Below, in pieces: positions 57,178 through 64,000 of a DNA stretch of 64,000 nt (its first letter is position 1; the number at the start of each line of letters is the position of its first letter). The notes under the pieces are model-generated. The model saw nothing but the letters and a program-made list of their open reading frames with translations, did not search any database and was not told where the DNA came from. The stretch covers positions 83,984 through 147,983 of the forward strand of contig JBAQNH010000002.1 of the NCBI GenBank assembly GCA_049303575.1. The letters run 5' to 3'. Both the position numbers and the translations under genes were made by a program. The stretch comes from Microgenomates group bacterium. GTDB lineage: Bacteria; Patescibacteriota; Microgenomatia; UBA1400; MFAQ01.

Positions 57178-57588
57178 CTATTTCAAGCCGTGGATATGGA
57201 AACAGTGGGTGTATTTTTTGTCCTCAAAGTTTATGTGTCCTACCCACCATTTTTGTAGGAAATCAAAAATGTCATACGACAACTCCACCCCTACCCCTTC
57301 TTTCTTTTTTGCTATGAGTTTTTTTACTTCATCTACGTATGCTTGATGAATGGTCTCATGAACCTCTTTTTCTTCATAGTTGAACTCGTCAAAATATTTT
57401 TCTTCAGTTTTAAAATGAAAGTCAGCATACTCAACCAGCTTATCTAGTATGGCGTCAATATCTTCATGAGCCTTGAAGGTTACCATTTTGTCATAAAGAT
57501 CGTTGATGATTGAAAACATCTTCTGATGTTGTAAATCAATTTCTTTAACTCCTACCGAATTCTTCTCTGTCCAGATTAGTATTGGCAT
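57178..57588 (-). CDS. hemerythrin-like metal-binding protein; start trimmed to MPILIWTEKNSVGV
   Basis: W..S.GV..ID.QH..MF.. at the N-terminus. HF..EE..F, H..H and HI..ED.K match hemerythrin His/Glu ligand spacing. Confidence 0.6.
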   Translation of the reverse strand: MPILIWTEKNSVGVKEIDLQHQKMFSIINDLYDKMVTFKAHEDIDAILDKLVEYADFHFKTEEKYFDEFNYEEKEVHETIHQAYVDEVKKLIAKKKEGVGVELSYDIFDFLQKWWVGHINFEDKKYTHCFHIHGLK

Positions 57589-57608
57589 ATTAGAGAATTC
57601 TATTACAT

Positions 57609-58277
57609 TTAGTGAGCTAAAGCTAATCCCCAAACCACCGCCGCTCCTTTTTTCTTGAGCATCTTGGTGCACTCCCTCATATCCGCTCCGCTAGTAAAAA
57701 CATCGTCCACTAGCAATATCTTTTTCCCTTTTAATTTTTTCTTGAAATTTTCTCTAACCTCAAAAACTCCTTTTACGTTTTTTTCTCTCACTTCTCTCTC
57801 CAAAATCAACGACTGTTGTTTTGTTTTTTGTTTTCTTCGCAGCACCTCTTTTACTTCAACCTTCATTTTTTTACCAATCACTCTTGCTATTTCTTCCGCC
57901 TGGTTAAAACCCCTCCAATTCTCACGGTAAAAATGCAAAGGAACGGGCACTAAATAATCAAAGCTCTCCCCAGACTCAAACTGAAAGTTTTTCAAAACAC
58001 TCTTTATTAACTCCTTATTAAAATCAAATTTAATTCCATCAATTATCGACCTCATTTTTACATCCTGATAATCATAAATCACAATTAGTCCATCCATTCC
58101 CATTTTCTTTTTACACTCCCTGTGTGTCCAACCCATCGGCGACTCTCCCCCACACTCTGAACATATTTGATCAGCTATCGAAAGTTCTCGAAAACACTTG
58201 CCACCTAAATCTTTTCCATATTTTCCACATCCATAGCATCTTTTGGGAAACAAAAAATCAAACACCATATCAAACAC
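57609..58277 (-). CDS. comFC: ComF-family protein (phosphoribosyltransferase domain with an N-terminal zinc finger)
   Basis: N-terminal CYGCG..CSECGG. C-terminal PRTase motif KKILLVDDVFTSGADM. Confidence 0.7.
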   Translation of the reverse strand: MFDMVFDFLFPKRCYGCGKYGKDLGGKCFRELSIADQICSECGGESPMGWTHRECKKKMGMDGLIVIYDYQDVKMRSIIDGIKFDFNKELIKSVLKNFQFESGESFDYLVPVPLHFYRENWRGFNQAEEIARVIGKKMKVEVKEVLRRKQKTKQQSLILEREVREKNVKGVFEVRENFKKKLKGKKILLVDDVFTSGADMRECTKMLKKKGAAVVWGLALAH

Positions 58278-58395
58278 AAAACAATTCTAACCGAGTAAAT
58301 ACAAAAAATCTCCCCGTTAGGAGAGATTTTTGTATATTGTGGAGATGGGGCGCCACTTCTTGAACCATTTCTGTTATCCCTCATTTCTTCGGTAA

Positions 58396-58716
58396 ATGAT
58401 AACTGGCACTTGGAAAATGACAACCGTTGGCTTTTGCTTCCACCCGAAAAAAGTGATGGTCTTTCTTCGTATAATAGTTATAGTGACTATAAATACTAAA
58501 CCCAAGCAATTACCCAAACCGAAAGTGGCTGTTCCTGTTCCTCAGCCACGAATTAGGATACTTGATGGCGGATATAACTCGGGCATTTCGGGCTTTGTCA
58601 GCTCCCTTCAATCAGTCAATCTCAATGCTCCCGAAGCCTCACAAAACGCCCACTCAATAAGCGACAACCGAGGTGGAAGAATAGAGCTTGGCTTGGAGAA
58701 TTACATTAAGAAGTGA
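58396..58716 (+). CDS. hypothetical protein (first gene of the putative integrated element)
   Basis: ORF only. Hydrophobic N-terminus. Confidence 0.25.
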   Translation: MITGTWKMTTVGFCFHPKKVMVFLRIIVIVTINTKPKQLPKPKVAVPVPQPRIRILDGGYNSGISGFVSSLQSVNLNAPEASQNAHSISDNRGGRIELGLENYIKK

Positions 58717-58757
58717 GACCTTGAACCTTTCAGGATGAAGGTCAAGTAAGTAATTAA

Positions 58758-59192
58758 ATGGACGAAGAAACCGACATAATTTTCCGAAAAGTGGAGCCTT
58801 TCTTGAAGTGCGGTCTGAGCCTCCACAAAGCCTGTCTACAGGCTCAAATACCCAAAAGCACGGCATATGACCTATACAAGAATAACAAGTCATTCTCGGA
58901 AAGAATAGACACCAGTAGAAATTATTACTCAGTGCTTGTAACTAGCATTGTCACGAAGGAGCTTGAGAGGATAAGCTCAAAGCAAGACCGAGGTAAGAAA
59001 TTACAACCATTGGAAGTCAGGCTCATTCAATGGATAGCCACAAACAGCCGTTCTCTCAAGGGTGAGTATGGCGACGAGCCTGAGAAATTGGATGAAGAGA
59101 TAAAGCAAGACGACACCATTACATTACTTCAAAAAATAATTAACGACTGTTCTCGGAAAGACAAGGATACACTGGAAGAGCAACCCTCTTGA
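58758..59192 (+). CDS. hypothetical protein, possible HTH (terminase-small-subunit-like) N-terminus
   Basis: GLSLHKACLQAQIPKSTAYDLY resembles a helix-turn-helix. Acidic C-terminus. Confidence 0.3.
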   Translation: MDEETDIIFRKVEPFLKCGLSLHKACLQAQIPKSTAYDLYKNNKSFSERIDTSRNYYSVLVTSIVTKELERISSKQDRGKKLQPLEVRLIQWIATNSRSLKGEYGDEPEKLDEEIKQDDTITLLQKIINDCSRKDKDTLEEQPS

Positions 59193-59311
59193 ACGGTATT
59201 TATAATCATTATAAGTTGTCCTCTTTGGGTTGAGTTTCCTTTCTGCTTCAACCATCACATTCCAACTCGGATTAGCCAACTTAATACTTAGGTAAATTAA
59301 CTCCTACAAGG

Positions 59312-59905
59312 CTAATCATTAAGGTGTTGCATAGCGTAGTCTGCTTCTGCCGCTGTAAATTTACCGCCATACTGTGAAACGAGTTGGTCACGAACAGCTG
59401 CTGGTGACAGGTTCATAGTATCTTGGTAAGTTTTTGCCTGTGAGAGAGCATTTGCATTCCAATTTGCTTTTACATTATCTATTGCATATTGTGCTGCTTT
59501 TGGCGAAAATTTCCCGCCATATTGTGAAACAAGTTGGTCATAGACACCCTGCTTAGACAAATGCATTGAGTTGGCATATGTTGTTGCTTGGGCAAGAGCA
59601 GATTTGTATTCCGCTGGCACATTTGTGCTTGGTGCTGTTGGTGCAATCGGAGTGGTTTTTGCGGAAACTGTCACACTGGGAGTTGGTTGAGTAGTATCGG
59701 TATCAGTAGTGACGGTCTCGTTACTCTCGGTTGTTTTACTTCCCTTACCTCCACTTGCAGAACCAATCATACCCAAAATAAATATAGCCAAAATAACCGT
59801 GAGTATCGGATGTCTTGCAAACCAAATCCTTTGGTCTGACTGACAATAAGGACACTTCTTGGCTTTATTATCTATCTCTTTCTGACAAGACTTACATTTT
59901 TTCAT
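59312..59905 (-). CDS. Ltp-family (PF07553-like) surface protein with an N-terminal zinc ribbon and TM anchor; putative superinfection-exclusion protein
   Basis: CKSCQ..CPYC zinc ribbon, one TM helix and a Thr-rich linker. Two tandem repeats: QATTYANSMHLSKQGVYDQLVSQYGGKFSPKAAQYAIDNV and QAKTYQDTMNLSPAAVRDQLVSQYGGKFTAAEADYAMQHL. Confidence 0.55.
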   Translation of the reverse strand: MKKCKSCQKEIDNKAKKCPYCQSDQRIWFARHPILTVILAIFILGMIGSASGGKGSKTTESNETVTTDTDTTQPTPSVTVSAKTTPIAPTAPSTNVPAEYKSALAQATTYANSMHLSKQGVYDQLVSQYGGKFSPKAAQYAIDNVKANWNANALSQAKTYQDTMNLSPAAVRDQLVSQYGGKFTAAEADYAMQHLND

Positions 59906-60019
59906 TATTCTTGTTTGTTAATAATTTTTTAATACTCCTTGTCACCTACCTACTTCAAATTGTAATCCATTCCACAGTCTAAAAACAACAATGCAGTTCG
60001 GGGATGTAAAATCAGGGCA

Positions 60020-61561
60020 ATGGAATACTACGACCTTGATGTCACAAAACTAAAGTATGTCCTCTACCTTCGCAAGTCCACCGACGACGCTCAAAGGCAA
60101 GTCAGGTCTATTGGCGACCAAGAGGCAGAATGCTTTGACCTCCAAAGACGGCTCGGACTAAATATCGTCAAAACCATAAAGGAAACAAAGTCGGCAAAGT
60201 CCCCTAACAAGCGTCCACAATTCCGAGAAATGCTTGATGGAATAAAAATGGGCAAGTATGACGCCATTCTTGCTTGGAACCCCGATAGGTTGGCAAGAAA
60301 TATGCTTGAGGGTGGAGAAATAATTTATTTGGTGGACGAAAACATTATCAAAGACCTAAAGTTCGTTACTCACCCATTCACACCCGACCCAAACGGCAAA
60401 ATGCTTCTCGGGTTGGCTTTTGTCCTCTCCAAGCAATACTCGGATGACCTCTCTCAAAAGATTTCCCGAGGAGTAAAAAGAAGCTTCAGTGAAGGCAAGA
60501 TTGGCACCTACAAACATGGTTACAAGCGTGATGATGAAGGGTTCCAAGTTCCCGACGGAAAGAAGTTTGAGCTCATTAAGGAGGCTTGGGAGCTTAGAGC
60601 CGAAGGTCGTTCCCTTGAAGAAATAGCCTCCATCATAAACGACAAGGGATATGAGAGAAAAATAAAAAGAACGGGAGTAATTATGAAGGCAGACGCCAAA
60701 CTATTGAGTAAGCTTTTCCGAGACCCATTTTATTTTGGAACTTTGATACAAGCGGGTCAAACAATAAACCTTCTCCAATTTGGCTTTATTCCTGCCACCA
60801 CAAAAGAAGTTTACGAACATATCCAGTTGCTCTCATCAAACCGACTCCGACCATTCAATGTCAGGCGAATGACATTCTTCCCTCTTAAGGCAATACTGAG
60901 GTGTTCATTTTGCGGAAAGAATATGGTGGTGGCTCCATCAACAAGCCGAGGAGGAGGAAAGCTTTTGTATTGTCGTTGCGATACCAAAGGATGTCCGAGG
61001 ATAAAGAAATCGCTCCGAATGAAGTTTGTCTTTGATTTTATCTACGACTTTTTGGATAACAATCTAAAAATCACCGAGAAGGAATACCAAAAATATCTTG
61101 ATGAAACCGACGCTCTCAATGTAGAAGCGACAAGTAATACCTACCTTCAAATCCATACTCTTGAGGGACAGGTAAAAGCTATCACCCAAGAAATCAAGGA
61201 AAGCTCACTTGGTCTCGTCAAAATAAACTCCAAATCTCCAGCCTTCAATATAGTAAACGATAGGATTTCAAGCCTAGACAATGAAAAGTCAGGCTTGGAA
61301 GAGAAACTACGAGACCTCAGGAGCACTCTAAAAAGCCCCGAGAGTCAGAGGTTGGGTATGGATGAGTTCTTGAACCTGTGTAAAAATGCGGGTGCTATCG
61401 CAAGAAGTGCCACCGAAGTTCAAAAAGATACAATTTGCCGATATGTTTTCTTGAACCTATCTGTGGATGAGGAAAAAGTAGTGGCATATCAACTAAAAGA
61501 GCCGTTCAACACATTGGTCAAACGGCTCTTTATCCAAGAAGGTGGAGACGGAGGGAATTGA
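60020..61561 (+). mobile_element. large serine recombinase (serine integrase) CDS
   Basis: Resolvase-type catalytic N-terminus (VLYLRKSTDDAQRQ, nucleophilic Ser), recombinase domain, zinc-ribbon (CSFCGKN..CRC) and coiled-coil. The 3' end overlaps the tmRNA 3' end. Confidence 0.85.
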
Positions 61562-61935
61562 ACCCTCGTCTGAAATAATAAATCTACAATTTCTACAAGC
61601 TTAGTTTGCCGTTTTTCCATAAAGCTTCAGGCAAACAAGAACACTTTATGGTCGACTTAGAATAAGTTAGTCTCCAAGCCTAAATCACGCCTTGAAGCAT
61701 TCAATCCGGTGTTTTTTCGCCTTAAAGGTACCCCGGGATCCGATATTCTCTAGAGCGTCTCGAACTCGAGTTTAGGCAAAAGCGTAAACGGGAGCGAAAG
61801 ATTTGGCTTCACTTGAGGTGAAACCAAGTAACTTGTCTTCTTTATTGACAGTTGTATTTTGGTCTTTTTTACTCCTTTTACCAAAGGAGGCTTGCAGTTG
61901 TAAACGTACTAGTCCATCGATTCCGGTCGTCCCCA
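61541..61935 (-). ncRNA. ssrA: tmRNA (ssrA), about 395 nt
   Basis: 5' GGGGACGACCGGAATCGATGG matches the tmRNA 5' consensus (GGGGnuGAuucuGGAUUCGAcGG). Acceptor GGGGACG pairs with 3' CGTCTCC, giving a G3:U wobble, with discriminator A plus CC. T-arm GAGGG-TTCAATT-CCCTC. Candidate tag ORF GCC..TAA encodes AKSFAPVYAFA. smpB lies immediately upstream. Confidence 0.75.
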
Positions 61936-61983
61936 TAAGAACCACCTATAGTATATCAAATTCTGAGGCTAAAAGCAAGACTA

Positions 61984-62226
61984 TTAGGACCTTAATGTTC
62001 TAAAATACTCAATTTTCTCAGTCAAAGTGACTCCCATCATCTGAGCACGAGACGCAGCCATTACCACACCAGCCAAAAATAAATCAAATTCGTCATCATC
62101 CATCGCGGATACTTTAGCTTTTATGCCTTCTTGCCACTTTTTCAGGCTCATTTTCGGCGTAAAATCCTTACTCCATGAATAATTAACGATGCTGGCAGGC
62201 ATTACTTTACTCCAAAATAGGTCCAT
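61984..62226 (-). CDS. small hypothetical protein between smpB and ssrA
   Basis: ORF of 80 aa. No motif. Confidence 0.3.
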   Translation of the reverse strand: MDLFWSKVMPASIVNYSWSKDFTPKMSLKKWQEGIKAKVSAMDDDEFDLFLAGVVMAASRAQMMGVTLTEKIEYFRTLRS

Positions 62227-62236
62227 TTTTACCCTT

Positions 62237-62677
62237 TCAGTTAGTTAGTTTTAAACGTCTCGCAAGACCCAACTGACTTTCACGCTTTTTGAGTATCTCT
62301 CTTTTTTCAAACTTCTTCTTGCCTCGGACTAAAGCGATCTTCACCTTCACGAGACTGCCCTTATTATACAGCGAGATAGGCACGACTGTCAACCCTGCCG
62401 ATCTCATTTTGCTCTGAATCTCGATGATTTCTTTCCTGTGCAGCAACAATTTTCTTCGTTTGTCGGGATCATATTCCTCCGCACTGTCATGCCTGTACTT
62501 GGGAATGCTCAGTCCCAGCACATACGCCCCGTCATTCTCAAAAATGACTCTTGCTCCCAACATCGTTGCTCCTCCGTCACGAACACTTTTCACCTCAGCC
62601 CCACTCAATACAATACCGGACTCAAAATCCTCAATAATCTCATAATCAAATCTGGCTTTTTTATTCTCCACGATCAT
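62237..62677 (-). CDS. smpB: SsrA-binding protein SmpB
   Basis: ARFDYEI..GIVL.GAEVKS..KRRKLLLHRKEI..KGSLVKVKIALVRGKK are canonical SmpB motifs. Confidence 0.9.
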   Translation of the reverse strand: MIVENKKARFDYEIIEDFESGIVLSGAEVKSVRDGGATMLGARVIFENDGAYVLGLSIPKYRHDSAEEYDPDKRRKLLLHRKEIIEIQSKMRSAGLTVVPISLYNKGSLVKVKIALVRGKKKFEKREILKKRESQLGLARRLKLTN

Positions 62678-62697
62678 GGATATATTGTAGCAAGCAA

Positions 62698-63966
62698 TTA
62701 GTTCAAAACTCCTACTGTTCCCTCCGTCAACACCAGCAGAATGGTCCCGTCGTACTCAATGTCTGTTGCTGTCTTCAATTTTTCCGACTTTAACTGTTGT
62801 TCGCAGTTTCCGGTTTCTTTACTACAGACAATTACCACTCCGTTTATCTTGTCTAGTATTGCCAAGCCATTGCCATCCAACTGCACCGCGATTCTCGCCG
62901 TTTTTATCCCTTCCGGCACACCGTTCAAGGAAAACTGTTCTCTGGCTCCTCTCCTAAACTTTTCTACCACTCCCGACTCTCCCAAGACCCATACGTCACT
63001 GTCAATCGCCATATCCACGGGCACTACACTTATCGACTGACCCTGTGCTAACCACCGAACTCTGTCTCCATAGCCATCACTTATTGCTCCGTATTTATAA
63101 ATCTCTTTGTTTCCACTATCCAGTACATAAAGATTTGCTCCAAATCTGCCGATTGTCGTTGCTTTGCTCACTGCCATATCAAAAACAATTCCTCCCGTCT
63201 CTTTCCCGTTTACACTCACTCCCTTGGGACTCAATATCAATACTCTACTGCCATCACTGGTTGCATCCAACCACTCAAGACCCTCACCTTTTCCGGCAAC
63301 TACCTTGATATCCTTGGTCGCTGTTGCCGCCGAAACTACTGTTCCCAACTTACTGTCCGTCACTAATACACTTCCGGACTTTATTAAACTCATTCTGTCC
63401 CCCACAAATCCGGGTCGAACTAATTGAATGTTTACCATCTCCGCAAACTGGCTTTCTTTTTCTCCAGAAGTTATCGTCCACGCGTTATTAAGTCGTCCTT
63501 CCAAAGCTGCCACCTCATCCCTGTACTTTCCTTTTACAAACTCTGCTTTTTGTACATCAAAAGTTTTTCTTACGTCTTCAATCAATTTTCTTGCTCCAGA
63601 TGGATTAATCTTTACCAAATCCTGAGCTTCCTGAATGTTGTTCACTATTGGTTCGGAAAATTCTTTCCATTTTTTTGCCTCTCTATCGGCTTGAATTTTT
63701 ATCGACCCAGTCACCAAACTTACTGCTAATAAGATTAGAAATAAAACTCCCATTAAAACAGCCCACTTCTTCCTTTTTTGTCCTCCTTCGCGATCTATCC
63801 GAAGATCTTCCCTCCCTGATGGTTTAATTTTTCTCCACCAATTTAATAGTTTGTCTTTTGCTTTAACCGGCCCAATTAACTCTTCTCCGGCCAAATCTTC
63901 CTCTCTCTCCGGCCTGTAAAAAGTTTCCCTTTCTGCTTCTGGCTTTTCAATTATCTCCTCAACCAC
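62698..63966 (-). CDS. hypothetical membrane-anchored protein with a large extracytoplasmic beta-rich domain
   Basis: Acidic N-terminus, one TM helix (WAVLMGVLFLILLAVSLV) and a 300-aa C-terminal domain. No motif. Confidence 0.4.
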   Translation of the reverse strand: MVEEIIEKPEAERETFYRPEREEDLAGEELIGPVKAKDKLLNWWRKIKPSGREDLRIDREGGQKRKKWAVLMGVLFLILLAVSLVTGSIKIQADREAKKWKEFSEPIVNNIQEAQDLVKINPSGARKLIEDVRKTFDVQKAEFVKGKYRDEVAALEGRLNNAWTITSGEKESQFAEMVNIQLVRPGFVGDRMSLIKSGSVLVTDSKLGTVVSAATATKDIKVVAGKGEGLEWLDATSDGSRVLILSPKGVSVNGKETGGIVFDMAVSKATTIGRFGANLYVLDSGNKEIYKYGAISDGYGDRVRWLAQGQSISVVPVDMAIDSDVWVLGESGVVEKFRRGAREQFSLNGVPEGIKTARIAVQLDGNGLAILDKINGVVIVCSKETGNCEQQLKSEKLKTATDIEYDGTILLVLTEGTVGVLN

Positions 63967-64000
63967 AATTTCACTTTCCTCAGTTTCTTCAGTTTTTTCC

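Noticed and set aside
61553-61677. Alternative short (about 125 nt) tmRNA model starting at GGAGACT (plus 61671..61677)
   Set aside because: It is too short for tmRNA and has a mismatch at acceptor pair 7. The upstream GGGGACGACCGGAATCGATGG at 61935 gives a perfect acceptor with a G3:U pair and a plausible tag ORF.
61803-62003. 66-aa plus-strand ORF
   Set aside because: It overlaps the 5' half of the tmRNA gene on the opposite strand and has no coding features, so it is an artefact.
1-64000. CRISPR arrays and rRNA genes
   Set aside because: No CRISPR-like regularly spaced direct repeats and no 16S/23S/5S signatures were seen on either strand. The only repeat structures are the FPKI coding repeat, the two-copy roughly 30-nt direct repeat near 50 kb, and the tRNA paralogs.

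Overview
The window reads as a low-GC, compact, largely minus-strand-coded genome typical of a Candidate Phyla Radiation (Patescibacteria-like) bacterium: a split transketolase, many small membrane proteins and weak ribosome-binding sites. All calls rest on reading the supplied translations and the DNA by eye; no searches were run.

- **1-4.3 kb:** two class A penicillin-binding protein (PBP1A) paralogs flank a glycoside hydrolase family 18 (GH18) gene.
- **4.6-11.8 kb:** a sugar and pentose-phosphate cluster: D-2-hydroxyacid dehydrogenase, PfkB-family sugar kinase, class I aldolase, split transketolase, LOG-family protein, ribulose-phosphate 3-epimerase (Rpe) and ribose-5-phosphate isomerase B (RpiB).
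- **11.8-19.3 kb:** an extended iron-sulfur (Fe-S) cluster assembly locus: DUF59, ferredoxin, FNR-like reductase, CcdA, a DsbA-like thioredoxin, then sufU-sufS-sufD(short)-sufB-sufC and an Rrf2 regulator.
- **19-43 kb:** cell-envelope and housekeeping genes, including a beta-CASP RNase, PrmC, an L,D-transpeptidase, a Crp-family regulator, patatin, UppP, lactate permease and others.
- **43-50 kb:** tdk, rpoD, dnaG, and a two-component pair (a multi-PAS sensor kinase with a receiver-only regulator).
- **50.9-57.2 kb:** an accessory, tRNA-rich segment with eight tRNA genes in the window, four of them behind a conserved TGnTAAAAT promoter. It also holds an intracellular trypsin-like protease beside an uncharacterized protein, and a free-standing LAGLIDADG homing endonuclease abutting tRNA-Ser.
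- **58.3-61.6 kb:** a small integrated element (hypothetical genes, an Ltp-like superinfection-exclusion protein and a large serine recombinase). The recombinase 3' end overlaps the 3' end of a tmRNA gene (ssrA) that I reconstructed by hand on the minus strand, immediately downstream of smpB.

No rRNA and no CRISPR array were seen. The most notable oddities are listed below.

- A 45-bp cluster of six type II restriction sites inside ssrA.
- A class II tRNA with an apparent ACU anticodon.
- Near-identical tRNA-Ser genes with different anticodons.
- Imperfect direct repeats flanking a lycopene-cyclase-domain gene.
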